From an uncultured bacterium (GTDB lineage Bacteria > Chloroflexota > UBA5177 > JANWHV01), in NCBI GenBank assembly GCA_963827235.1, contig CAWHAE010000010.1, positions 32,001-96,000 of the forward strand: 64,000 bases of DNA. The letters run 5' to 3'. The translations under genes were made by a program, and so were the position numbers. The notes beneath the pieces are model-generated. The model saw nothing but the letters and a program-made list of their open reading frames with translations, searched no databases and had not been told where the DNA came from. Shown one piece after another: positions 41,651 to 51,920 of this stretch. Every line of letters starts with the position of its first letter. Within the stretch, counting starts at the first letter, position 1.

Positions 41651-41954
41651 CCTATGGCCAGTTGCGCGTGCAGACCGCCCACGATACCGCAGCTGGAACG
41701 CGAGGTATCGCGGCTGTCGGCTGCTCGCCATGCGCCCTTTGATGTGCGGCCGCGGCATCGGCCGTGCGCTCGCTAGAACGCTTCCAGTTGGTCCGCGTCC
41801 GGCACGAGGCACGGCGCCGGAGAACGCGACCGCGCCTACACGCTGCCTGGCATCTTCCATCCGCGATCGTCGCCGCACGCCAGCACACTGGCGTTCGCTG
41901 CGTGCCAAGAATCGCTGAGCTTGCCTGCAGTGCTCCGTAGCAGACGCCCTGTGG

Positions 41955-42074
41955 CATGGCGTATGCCACAGCTTCTTCCAGGCTCATTGCTGCGCCCAGC
42001 GCCCATGCGGCCGAGAACGCGTCCTCTCCCAGGGCTGCTCGCGTCTCGACCAGAGCGCGAACGCAGAGCTGCAC
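41955..42074 (-). pseudogene. C-terminal remnant of an NB-ARC/TPR-type regulator
   Basis: RAALGEDAFSAAWALGAAMSLEEAVAYA is the typical tail of ATPase-TPR regulators. Confidence 0.55.
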
Positions 42075-42131
42075 CGATTGCCGTGCGAGGTTTTCGCCTG
42101 ATTCTACTTGGAATAGTGGTCAATGCAAGCC

Positions 42132-42218
42132 ATCGGCGCCGTGATCGAGCCGGGCACAGCATCCGCCGAGTCTGAAGTCGGCTGATGCGACCGAGCCCGA
42201 CCGCATAGACATACAGTG
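42132..42218. repeat. 87-bp direct repeat, left copy
   Basis: Two mismatches versus 45539-45625. Confidence 0.9.
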
Positions 42219-42416
42219 AGTATTGCAGCGAGTTGCTGCCTACACGCTGGGTTTCGCCGCTCGTCGTCGCCACAATCCTTGGGCGCATGTCGGGCACGGG
42301 GTAGTTTGAGTCTGCCGCTACCGTCCCTTCGCCTTGCCAATCGACAATGGGTTCACGATGATGCCGCAGCCTATGGCCGCGATCAGGCGGTGCGGCGCGG
42401 AGTGGACCGCGTGCTG

Positions 42417-42445
42417 TTGCGCCGGGCGGGCAGGTGCACTATGCT
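42417..42445 (+). promoter_or_regulatory. Sigma70-type promoter TTGCGC-N17-TATGCT
   Basis: Near-identical to 22004-22032. Confidence 0.6.
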
Positions 42446-42535
42446 CAGAGCGAACGAGAACCCGGCGCCGTGCGCGCGACTGCCGTCCGCCTGGCACGTG
42501 GGCGGTGGTGCCGGGCCCGTGGGCGTGGAGGCGCT

Positions 42536-45466
42536 GTGCAGCGCAGGGACCCCGACCCACCCTTCGGGGTGCTGCTACGACACTATCGGGAGGCTGCCGG
42601 CCTGACGCAGGAAGCGCTGGCCGAGCGGTCGGGGGTGAGCGCGCGTGCGGTCAGCGACCTGGAGCGCGGCGTCAACCGCGCTCCGCGCGCGGACACGCTC
42701 GGGCTGCTGGTGGGCGCCCTCGGTCTGGCGCCGGCGGAGCGGCGCGGGCTAGAGGCAGCCGCGCATGGGCATGACGACGCCAGTGCGGCGCCACCGGCTG
42801 CCGGCGAGCGGATACAGGAAGAGGCGCCGCCGCTGGTGGGCCGGGCGGCCGAGCTGGCCCTGCTCGAGCGGCACCTGGCGGGTCGGGGCCCGCCGGTGCT
42901 GCTGCTGGCCGGCGAGCCTGGTATCGGCAAGACCCGGCTGCTGCAGCACGCCGCGCAGCAGGCCCCAGCCGCAGGCTGGCGGGTGCTGGCGGGAGGCTGC
43001 CATCGACTGGGCGGTCAGGCGCCCTATGCCCCGCTGCTCGAGGCGCTGGAGCAGCACCTGAGGAGCCGGGCACCGGTCCAGGTGCGCGCGGACCTGCAGG
43101 GCTGTGCCTGGCTGGTCCGCTTGCTGCCGGAGCTGGCCGATGGGCTGATCGAGCCGTTGCCGGGCTGGGTCGTCACGCCTGAGCAGGAGCGCCGGCTGCT
43201 GTTCCGGGCGGTAGCCAGGTTCGTGGCCAACGTGGCGGGCCCGGCAGGGACCGTGCTGTTGCTGGACGACCTGCAGTGGGCAGGCGCCGACGCGCTGGAC
43301 CTGCTGGTCACGCTCGTGCGCGCCACCGGCACGCCGTTGCGGGTGATCGGCGCTTACCGGACCACGGACATCACCGCGGACCATCCCCTCGCGCTCACCT
43401 GTGCCGAGCTGGCCGAGACGCAACTGGCGACCCTGCAGACACTCGGGCCGCTGGCCGACCATGAGGCAGAGGAGCTATTCGCGCACCTGCGCAGTGGCCG
43501 GGAGGCGGTGGCGTCGTCGGCGCAGGTGGTGCGGCGGGTGGGTGGCGTGCCCTTTTTCCTGGTCAGCTATGCCAGGAGCCTTGATGGCGAGGGCGGTGTG
43601 GAGGCTGCCCGGCTCGGGCTGCCCTGGGACGTGCGGCAGAGCCTGCAGCGGCGGGTGCGGGCGCTGCCGGAAGCAGCGCAGGCGCTGCTGGCCGCGGCAG
43701 CGGTAGCCGGGCGGGTGACGCCGCGCTTGCTGTTGCTGGCCGTGCTGGCGCGCCCGCAACCGGAGGTGATCGAGGCCCTGGAGCAGGCCTGCCGGGCCGG
43801 CCTGCTGGTGGAGGTAGGCGACGACGCCTACGGGTTCGTGCACGACGTGATTCGCGAGGTGGCGGAGAGCGACCTGGGGCAGGCGCGGCGGCGATTGTTG
43901 CACGGGCAGATAGCCGAAGCGCTGGAGGGGCCTGCCGGTGCAGCGCCCGCTGAGCTACTGGCCTACCACTATGGGCGCAGCGACGCGCCGGACCGAGCCC
44001 TGCCGTACCTGGAGCAGGCCGGTGACGCGGCGCGGGACCAGGCGGCGCATGGTGCCGCGGAGGGATATTACCGGGAGGCGATTACCCGCCTGGATGGGCT
44101 GGGCCGGGCGGTCGACGCGGCGCGCATACGGGAGAAGCTAGGCGCGGTCCTGTATACGACAGTGCACTATTCTCAGGCGCTGGAGCTGCTGGAGCAGGCG
44201 GCGACGGCGCTGCGGCTGGCGGGCGACATGGAGGGCCTGGGCCGCGCGGTGGCACGCATCGGCAACGTGCACGATCGCCAGGGAACGCTGGAGGAGGGGG
44301 TCGAGCGCCTCCTGCCACAGCTGGAGCGGCTCGAGGCGTGTGGACCGTCCCCCAGCCTGGCCGCGCTCTACCGTGCTCTGGCCGGTCTCTACATAGATCA
44401 GGGGCAGTATCGTGCGGGGCTGGCGTCGGCCACGCGGGCGGCGGAAGTTGCTCGCCTGGTCGGTGACCGAGGGCTGCTCGCCCGGGCGGAACAGGCGCGC
44501 GCTTACACGCTCTTACTGATGGGGCGCGTCGAGGAGGCCCTGGCGGCGTACCGCCATGCGAGTGTGGTGGCCGAGGCGGAGGGCGATCTCGGAGTACTCG
44601 GCTCTGTGGCCACGAGTCTGGCATGGCTTGCCGAAGAACGGGGCGAGCTTGACCGAGCCAGGCAGCACGCGACCCGCGCACGCGCGCTCGGTGAACGGCT
44701 CGGCGATCCCGTGATGACGCTTCTAGCCCTGTGCAAGTATGCGGCTCAAGCCTTCTTCAGCGGCGCGTGGGGCGAGGCACACGCCTATATCGAGCGTTTC
44801 CAGCAGCTTCCTGAGCAGGCCCCCTCCGCTGATGCCGCGGCGCCGATCGAACCCGGCCGGCTGCTGCTGGCGGAAGGGGAATGGGAGCATGCGGCCCGCT
44901 ATCTGGAGCAGTGCAGCGCCACCGCGCGGCACGCGAGCGATTTCCTCCTGGTACGGGTTGCGCAGAGTTTCCTGGCTGAGCTGGACCTGATGGAGGGGCG
45001 ACCCGAGTCGGCACTTGCGCGCCTGCTGCCGCTGCTGGACCGCGACGGCATGGAGGAGTGGATTGTGACCATCCACGTGCTGCCGGTCCTGGCCTGGACC
45101 TACCTGGAGTTGGGCGAGACCGAGCAGGCCGCGCGCACGATAGCGGAGGCGCTGCGGCGGCAGCGTGCAGGGCAGCTCCGGCGCGTACTGGTGGACACGC
45201 TGCGGGTGCAGGCGCTGGTGGCGCTGCGGCAGGGCGCGGTGCAGACCGTGGCGGAGGCTCTGGAGGAGGGGCTGACCCTGGCCCAGGCCATGCCGTATCC
45301 GCACGGCGAGGGACGACTGCTGGCGGTCTACGGCCGGCTGCACCTGGAGCGCGGCGATGTCACCTCTGCACGAGAACGGCTGAGGGCGGCGCAGGCCATC
45401 TTCCAACATCTGGGTGCGCGCAAGGACCTCGAGCAGACAGAGCAGCTGCTGGCGACGGTCGGCTGA
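42536..45466 (+). CDS. XRE-HTH - AAA_16 STAND ATPase - TPR regulator (sensor D)
   Basis: GTG after ggagg; HTH nearly identical to sensor B; ATPase/TPR body paralogous to sensor C. Confidence 0.9.
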   Translation: MQRRDPDPPFGVLLRHYREAAGLTQEALAERSGVSARAVSDLERGVNRAPRADTLGLLVGALGLAPAERRGLEAAAHGHDDASAAPPAAGERIQEEAPPLVGRAAELALLERHLAGRGPPVLLLAGEPGIGKTRLLQHAAQQAPAAGWRVLAGGCHRLGGQAPYAPLLEALEQHLRSRAPVQVRADLQGCAWLVRLLPELADGLIEPLPGWVVTPEQERRLLFRAVARFVANVAGPAGTVLLLDDLQWAGADALDLLVTLVRATGTPLRVIGAYRTTDITADHPLALTCAELAETQLATLQTLGPLADHEAEELFAHLRSGREAVASSAQVVRRVGGVPFFLVSYARSLDGEGGVEAARLGLPWDVRQSLQRRVRALPEAAQALLAAAAVAGRVTPRLLLLAVLARPQPEVIEALEQACRAGLLVEVGDDAYGFVHDVIREVAESDLGQARRRLLHGQIAEALEGPAGAAPAELLAYHYGRSDAPDRALPYLEQAGDAARDQAAHGAAEGYYREAITRLDGLGRAVDAARIREKLGAVLYTTVHYSQALELLEQAATALRLAGDMEGLGRAVARIGNVHDRQGTLEEGVERLLPQLERLEACGPSPSLAALYRALAGLYIDQGQYRAGLASATRAAEVARLVGDRGLLARAEQARAYTLLLMGRVEEALAAYRHASVVAEAEGDLGVLGSVATSLAWLAEERGELDRARQHATRARALGERLGDPVMTLLALCKYAAQAFFSGAWGEAHAYIERFQQLPEQAPSADAAAPIEPGRLLLAEGEWEHAARYLEQCSATARHASDFLLVRVAQSFLAELDLMEGRPESALARLLPLLDRDGMEEWIVTIHVLPVLAWTYLELGETEQAARTIAEALRRQRAGQLRRVLVDTLRVQALVALRQGAVQTVAEALEEGLTLAQAMPYPHGEGRLLAVYGRLHLERGDVTSARERLRAAQAIFQHLGARKDLEQTEQLLATVG

Positions 45467-45538
45467 CGAGTGCCAGTGCCAGTCAGCTGTGCTCGAGTGG
45501 TTGCGGGTGCTGATGGCTGCACGCGAAGCACTCGAGAT

Positions 45539-45625
45539 ATCGGCGCCGTGATCGCGCCGGGCACAGCATCCGCCGAGTCTGAAGTCGGCTGACGCGACCG
45601 AGCCCGACCGCATAGACATACAGTG
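45539..45625. repeat. 87-bp direct repeat, right copy
   Basis: Matches 42132-42218. Confidence 0.9.
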
Positions 45626-45797
45626 CTGTCCTGAAAGAACCCCACGATATCTTCCTTGCTGGTTGATGCCCCACAACTCGGTGCCCTTGCCCTTCACTCC
45701 CTCGCAGCAGGGGCAATTGAATCACCGTGTCCTGTCGTCGCTGACCTGGGTTCTCTCCGCCGATGGGGGGATGATCCGAGTCCACTGCATCAGGCTG

Positions 45798-47627
45798 CTA
45801 GCCGTTCTGTGATCCAACTTCACCTTGATTGGGGGCGGTCGGCAACCGCAGACGAAAGATGCTGCCCTGCGGCCCGCTGGTTTCCAGGTCCAGATCGCCG
45901 CCCATCTCCTCCACCAGACGGCGGCTGAGGAACAACCCCAGTCCGGTTGCCACGCGGCCTGCTCGCGTGCGGCTGCCCGCCACCCGGCCAAACCGCGTGA
46001 AGAGGACCTCGCGCCCCTGGGCCGGAATCCCGGGCCCACGATCCCGCACCCGAATCACACCCATCCCGTCTTCCACGCTGCAACTGACGGCGATAGGACT
46101 GCCCGCAGGCGAATACTTGGCAGCATTGTCGATCAGATTGACGAGCACCCGAACCACGCGGCCGCGGTCAGCTAGCACCTGGATCGCACCTTGGTCGTCG
46201 AGCGCAATGTCCTGATCCTCGTAGCTGGCCTGGACTTCGTCCCTCGCCTGGCGCAGTACGTCGGTGACGCCGATCGGGACCGCGGTCGGTGGCAATGCTG
46301 CTCGCTCGAGGCTGCTGAGCAAGAGCAGATCCTCCACCACAAGACGCTGCCGGTGGGCGGCGACCACGATCTTGTGCAGCTGATCCACGCGGCGCATGTC
46401 ATCAAGCTCTGTCCATCGTGCCTCGAGCAGATCGCTGTAGCCGATCATTGCGGTGAGCGGTGTGCGCAACTCGTGGCTGACCGAAGCCACGAAGTCATCC
46501 TTCAGGCGGGCCACCTCTTCCGCGATACGCGCGCGTTCCTGCTCCAGCTGAAACAGGCGGGCATTGCGCGATACCTGAGCAAGAGCCTGCGCGTGAAGTT
46601 GCCTGTTATCGAGCATCACCACCGCCTGACGCGCCAGCAAAAGCAATACGACGAGAACCGACGCCGTGACAACGCCGGCAGCCAGCGCCTGCGAGGGATG
46701 GGCAAGCGGTATCTGCAGCAGGAGCATGGCGAGAGGCGGCAGCGCCGCGTAGGGAAGGAACAGCCGCCACAGGGAGAACCTGCCACCGGTGTCGTTGCCG
46801 CCTGGTGCGGGGTTCGTCGATGACTGTCGCAGGATGAGGAATCCGTAGCCGACCAGGAGCGTTGCTGTCGGCACCGTCACATCCTGGATGTTGCCGAAGC
46901 TCAAGGGATGGTGAAGCGTATAGAAGCCGACAATCGAGTCCCCGACGCTGAGGGTGAGCAGGCCAGCGACGAACAGGCGCCTGACCGGCACCAACTGCGA
47001 AGACAACGGTGACAGACACAACAGCGCCACGGGGAATATCATCACCAGGTCGAAGAGTGGTGCCGTCGCCTCCACCACCTGATTCGTCGCACCGCCGGTA
47101 CTCCCCAGCACGGCCGGACCGAGCAGATAGTACCAGCTGCATGCCGCCGCGGCCGTGAAGAGCAGCAGGCTGTCAAACAGCAACTGCTCGCGCGCGTACC
47201 AGGACGACGGATAGCCGACAACACCGAGGGCGGCGATCAGCATGCAGCCATAGCTCAGCGCAAAGAGCACGCCGCTGGCGGCGGGCATCTGCAGCGAGGC
47301 GTGACCGTCACGAAGCAGGTCGGGCACATAGCTGGCCGCCACGAATGTATACCCCAGCGCGGCAGCGGCGAAGCCGACGCCTCCGATCTGCACCACCCGT
47401 CGGTAGGCATCGGTATCCCGTATCCGCCTTCCGCCGCCGAAACAGAACAGGACCGCCACGAGTGGCGCGAGCACTTGCATCAGCGCATCGACCGAGAGTA
47501 CGAACGTCGACGGTACGGGACGCAGGAGCAGGCAGAGCGAAAACAGCGCCATGACCGCGAGTGTCGCTGCCACGAGGGCAGACAGTCGGACTGGGTTATC
47601 GGAGCGAAGCACGGTAGGCATGCTCAT
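45798..47627 (-). CDS. Multi-TM sensor histidine kinase (no adjacent response regulator)
   Basis: FVASVSHELRTPL H-box, NLIDNAAKYS, DRGPGIP, TGLGL; many N-terminal TM helices. Confidence 0.9.
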   Translation of the reverse strand: MSMPTVLRSDNPVRLSALVAATLAVMALFSLCLLLRPVPSTFVLSVDALMQVLAPLVAVLFCFGGGRRIRDTDAYRRVVQIGGVGFAAAALGYTFVAASYVPDLLRDGHASLQMPAASGVLFALSYGCMLIAALGVVGYPSSWYAREQLLFDSLLLFTAAAACSWYYLLGPAVLGSTGGATNQVVEATAPLFDLVMIFPVALLCLSPLSSQLVPVRRLFVAGLLTLSVGDSIVGFYTLHHPLSFGNIQDVTVPTATLLVGYGFLILRQSSTNPAPGGNDTGGRFSLWRLFLPYAALPPLAMLLLQIPLAHPSQALAAGVVTASVLVVLLLLARQAVVMLDNRQLHAQALAQVSRNARLFQLEQERARIAEEVARLKDDFVASVSHELRTPLTAMIGYSDLLEARWTELDDMRRVDQLHKIVVAAHRQRLVVEDLLLLSSLERAALPPTAVPIGVTDVLRQARDEVQASYEDQDIALDDQGAIQVLADRGRVVRVLVNLIDNAAKYSPAGSPIAVSCSVEDGMGVIRVRDRGPGIPAQGREVLFTRFGRVAGSRTRAGRVATGLGLFLSRRLVEEMGGDLDLETSGPQGSIFRLRLPTAPNQGEVGSQNG

Positions 47628-47786
47628 CAGCGGCGGTCGCACCCTCGGCTATCGCGGTCGTCCCGGCTGAATACGCTTCTTCAGAGAACCAGCGAGTGGA
47701 CACCATTCTAGCATGGTGTAGGCGGGATGTTGTTGCAAGAGGCCATTATGGGGTTTTCTGCACATCCCCTCAAGATGGTGCACCAA

Positions 47787-48050
47787 TACTACAGCGACAC
47801 TTAGGCAGCGGCCTCCTCGCTCTGGTCGCTGATCTGGTCAGCCAGGGCGGCGCGGATCTGTGCCCAAAGGCCGCTCCGGTGCCAGCGCTGGTAGCGACTG
47901 TGCACGGTCTTCCAGGGACCGCAGTGCCGGGGCACGGCGGACCACGCGCAGCCGGTCTGCTCGACCCAGAGCATGGCGGCGACCGTGACCGCTCCTGGCT
48001 GGCCACAAACGTCGTGATCAGTGCCCACCCGCCTGCGCCACCGGGCCAGA
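47787..48050 (-). mobile_element. IS5-family (DUF4096-type) transposase remnant with a possible element end
   Basis: AMLWVEQTGCAWSAVP..CGPWKTVHSRYQRW..SGLW; stop followed by gtgtcgctgtagta. Confidence 0.7.
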
Positions 48051-48574
48051 AGCAACTGCCGCCTGGTACGAGGGCGCACCCTCCATAGCGTGTGCGGATG
48101 CCGGACGAACGGGACGGTGCCGGCAGCCCCGCCGGCGAGTTCCAAGAGCGGGGCTGCGTTTGCGAACGGGCCTGCGTCAGTGTCTTGATCGTGAGCAACG
48201 TGGTAGTCACTTGCGCCGGATTGAAGCAGTCATGCGTGTGCGTCATCGGTGCCCGGCACGCGGGCATACGCCGCCAGCAGACAGATTACCCCCCGCGCTC
48301 GTAAACCAGCCAGTGTGCTCGCCGTGCCAAAATCGGCAGATTTGCAATATGCTCTTGACAGAGAAGCATTATGCAGGACGCGGCCGGCCCCGGAGTGCCC
48401 TTCTTGGTCTGGCAGAGGTAGCGCGGGCGATCACGTGATCGGGGCGCAGGTGTTAGCGTTGTTTCGTGTGCCTTTGGAGGGTCGAGAAACATCCTGGCCG
48501 CACTGGTCTAAATAGGGAACGATTGGCGGTCCATAGCGATAAGGACAGGCGGTCCAAAGTGGTACGCTAGAGGC

Positions 48575-49816
48575 ATGGCTGCGTATGTTTCCCGGCTTGC
48601 CGACGCTGTACTGACCCAACTGCTCGCCTCCCTGCCGGCGCTCCTACTGGTCGGGCCGCGCGCCACGGGCAAGACCACCACGGCGCGCCGCCACGCGGCG
48701 AGCGTCGTGCGTCTTGACCGGCCCGCTGAGGCTGCGGCCTTTATCGCCGACCCTGACGCCGCGCTGCGGGTCTTGGCCGAACCGGTCCTGCTCGACGAGT
48801 GGCAGGTCGTGCCCGGTGTGCTCGGGGCCGTGAAGCGTGCGGTTGACGACAATCCAGGTCCGGGTCGCTTTCTGCTCACGGGCAGCGTGACCGCCGACCT
48901 GTACGCTGCCACCTGGCCAGGAACCGGTCGGCTGGTGCGCATTCCCATGTACGGGCTGACCATGCGGGAACTGACCGGTCACCCTGCTGGTCTGAGCTTC
49001 ATCGACCTGCTGGCGACCGGCAGCCTCGGCCTGCTGCCACTGCCGCCAGCACTGCCCGACCTTGCCGGGTATGTGGACCTGGCGCTCCAGGGTGGCTTTC
49101 CCGAGGCGGTGGTCGGATCTGCAGCGGACGTCCGCACGACGTGGCTGGACGGGTATCTCGAGCAGCTCCTCACCCGCGACGCCGCGGGCATTGCGGCGCG
49201 TGACCCGGCCAGACTGCGGCGCTATTTCGAGGTGTTGGCCCTGAATTCCGCTGGGCTTGCGGAGCAGAAGACCTTGTATGATGCCGCCGGGATTGATCGC
49301 AAGACCGCTGATGCCTACGAACAGCTGCTGATCAATCTGCTGGTCCTTGAGCTTGTGCCTGCCTGGATGACCAATCGCCTCGCCCGCCTGGTGAAGAGCG
49401 CCAAGCGCTATTTGGTCGATCCTTCGCTCATGGCCGCGGCGCTGCGCCTGGACCGTGCCGCGGTGCTGGCGGACGGCAACCTCCTGGGGCGCATCCTTGA
49501 CACGCTCGTTGCGGCCCAACTGCGTCCGGAGCTGGCCTTGAGTCCCACGCGCGCACGGCTTTACCATCTACGGGAGAAGAACGAACGGCGGGAGGTCGAT
49601 CTCGTGGCGGAGCTGAGGGCAGAGCGGATAGTGGCGATCGAAGTGAAGGCCACCGCAGCGCCCACACCGGGTGACGCACAGCACCTGACCTGGTTGCGTG
49701 CCGTGCTGGGTGATCGCTTCGCGGCTGGGGCCGTGCTCCACACCGGACCCGGCCAGTTCGTGCTGGGCGAGCGCATCATGGCGCTGCCCATCGCCACCAT
49801 CTGGGGACCGCGCTGA
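48575..49816 (+). CDS. AAA_14 ATPase with DUF4143 (PD-(D/E)xK-like) C-terminal domain
   Basis: GPRATGKTT, LLDEWQ, FLLTGS, GGFPE, REVDLV, AIEVKA. Confidence 0.9.
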   Translation: MAAYVSRLADAVLTQLLASLPALLLVGPRATGKTTTARRHAASVVRLDRPAEAAAFIADPDAALRVLAEPVLLDEWQVVPGVLGAVKRAVDDNPGPGRFLLTGSVTADLYAATWPGTGRLVRIPMYGLTMRELTGHPAGLSFIDLLATGSLGLLPLPPALPDLAGYVDLALQGGFPEAVVGSAADVRTTWLDGYLEQLLTRDAAGIAARDPARLRRYFEVLALNSAGLAEQKTLYDAAGIDRKTADAYEQLLINLLVLELVPAWMTNRLARLVKSAKRYLVDPSLMAAALRLDRAAVLADGNLLGRILDTLVAAQLRPELALSPTRARLYHLREKNERREVDLVAELRAERIVAIEVKATAAPTPGDAQHLTWLRAVLGDRFAAGAVLHTGPGQFVLGERIMALPIATIWGPR

Positions 49817-50025
49817 GTGCCTTTCGGGCCATCTGCAGCAGCAGACGGGAACCAGCCGCCAAACCGGCGCGGCGTTGGCATTCGTCCGCACACCGTGTGA
49901 GAGTCGCGGGCAAACGCCCAGACTCGTGGACAACGCTGCTGTACCGGCGCGAGCCGTGCCCATACGCCGCGGGCACTGTGACCACATCGACCATGGTGTG
50001 GCGCATACAGCAGAAAGGCCCGCAG

Positions 50026-50555
50026 ATGTCTGTCAATCGTGCTGGTACTGCCCTGGTTCCGTACTTCGGTGCTGGCGATGACGGGGCGCTCGCCTGGCTA
50101 CGGCTCTCCCGCTCGGAGCGGCGTCGGACCGCCATGCAGGCGGCGCACGAGCACGACGTGCGCACGCTCTGGAGCTTGACCGAAGCCTGGCTGCGCTCCT
50201 ATGGCAGCGCTGGCGCGTCGGTCTCGGCCAACACTGTCCGCAACTATCACACCGGTGTCCGGCTGTTTCTGGAGGCGTGGGTGCGGATCGATCTCTTGCA
50301 TCCCGACCTCGATGCGGCGACGTCCTACCTGCGGCAGCCGGAGCGGCGCGGGTTGGCGCCGGCGACCACCCAGGGGCGGCTGACTGCCGCGCGCGGGCTC
50401 TACGCGGCGTTGCGCTGGGCGCATGCGGTGAGCGTGGACCCCTTCACCGAATGCCGACCGCCACGCGATATGACGCCAGCCTGGGAGAAGCGGATGCCCT
50501 ATGCCGACGACGAAGTAGCCGCCCTCCTGCAGGCCGCGACCGACCCGGCCGATCA
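50026..50555 (+). pseudogene. Tyrosine recombinase/integrase N-terminal remnant, catalytic domain missing
   Basis: SANTVRNY..GVRLF, GLAPAT...RL.AARGLY.ALRW, PY.DDEVAALL; breaks at the 78-bp element. Confidence 0.65.
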
Positions 50556-50633
50556 TTGCCATTGGCTCTGCTTCGGCCCGTACCACACCGGCCAACATGT
50601 TTGCCCCGACTGCTCGGGACGGGTCAGCGAGCG
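50556..50633. repeat. 78-bp dispersed element, copy 2
   Basis: Matches 31054-31131. Confidence 0.85.
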
Positions 50634-50878
50634 CTCCGCGAGTCTGAGCGCCAATACCATCGCCAAAGGCGAGCAGGGACGCAACCGCTCCCTGCCGGCG
50701 GCCACTCGTCGCCCTGACCGCTGCGCTCCGTGCCGGACGGAGCGCAGCGCGCTACTCCATGCCGCGCGTGCCGGAATGGCCCTGGCGCCGCGTGGCCCGC
50801 GAATCTTCCCGCCGGCGCCGACTCGCTGCGGCCGGTGCCGTACCCGCGTGGTGACGCCGGCCGGCCCTGGTGGTGCGG

Positions 50879-51613
50879 TCAGAGGACGTCGCGGCGGGTG
50901 ATCAGCGGGAGGGCAATGAGCGCGAGGACAGCCGGCCAGGCGATGAGCACCATGGCGCCGATCTCCGGTGCGATGAGGTTCTTGTCCGTCACCCCGATGA
51001 GGGCGTCCGCGGCACGCTCCGGCGTGAAGCGACCGACGGAGGGGACAAGGCTGAAGAGCAGGTTGTCGATGAATAAACCCCAGGCAAGGAGGGTGATGAC
51101 TGCGCCGACCTGATTGCGGATGATCGTGCCGAGCCCGACGCCCATGACGCCCCAGACAGCGGCCGAGGCAAGCGTTCCGAGCAGGAGTTGGGCGATGTCG
51201 CCGCCACCGAGTGAGAGCGCTATGCCGCGCCCGGACAGAATCGCGTAGCCGATCGCGAAGCCCACTCCCTCGCCAAGAGTGCCGAAGAGCAGACCGGCGA
51301 GCGCGCCGGCGGCGAGCTTCGCTGCGAGTACGCGTGGTCGCCTCGGCGTGAACAGGAATGTTGGGCGGATCGTCCCGTAGCGATACTCGCTGGTCACCAG
51401 CAGGACCCCGGCGAGCCCCGAGAAGATGCCAGCCAGACTGCCGAGACCGAGCAGCTGCCGCTGATTCTCGGCGCCGGAGAGTGTGCCGGCATGGCTCAGC
51501 AGCCCGGTCAGGGCGGAAACGAGGATCATGAGCGCGATCATGCCGAGCAGCAGGCCGAACGCCGTGCGTGTTGAGCGCAACTTGAGGAGCTCCGCCTTGG
51601 TCAGCGCAATCAT
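50879..51613 (-). CDS. ABC-2 type permease
   Basis: AELLKLRSTR, TSEYRYGTIRPTFLFTPRR..LAAK, ITRRDV; six TM helices. Confidence 0.9.
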   Translation of the reverse strand: MIALTKAELLKLRSTRTAFGLLLGMIALMILVSALTGLLSHAGTLSGAENQRQLLGLGSLAGIFSGLAGVLLVTSEYRYGTIRPTFLFTPRRPRVLAAKLAAGALAGLLFGTLGEGVGFAIGYAILSGRGIALSLGGGDIAQLLLGTLASAAVWGVMGVGLGTIIRNQVGAVITLLAWGLFIDNLLFSLVPSVGRFTPERAADALIGVTDKNLIAPEIGAMVLIAWPAVLALIALPLITRRDVL

Positions 51614-51920
51614 GGCCGTGCTCCAGTGGTCAGTTCAAGGAAGACCTCCTCGAGCGAGGAACCTTCGGTGAACAGTTCGTAAATCGGGATCCCTGCGGCG
51701 AACGCGATGTCGCCGACGCGGTCGCTGGTGGCACCGTGGACGAGCAGGACATGGGGGTCGCCAGCCCGAGCAGCATACGGAGCGTCGTCGTTTTGCCTGC
51801 GCCATTCGGCCCGAGAAATCCGGTGATCGTGCCGGCTTGCAGCGTGAATGAGAGGTCGGCCACGGCCAGGACCTCGCCAAAGCGCTTCGTCAGTGACTCA
51901 GCGCGCACGACTGCGCTCAC
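51610..51920 (-). pseudogene. ABC ATP-binding protein with a large internal out-of-frame deletion
   Basis: Walker [18 protein letters not shown] joined at about 51753 to the C-terminal [26 protein letters not shown] in another frame. Confidence 0.85.

Noticed and set aside
49897-50901. Intact 334-aa integrase
   Set aside because: Catalytic R-H-R-Y region absent; the reading frame runs into unrelated repeat sequence after 50555
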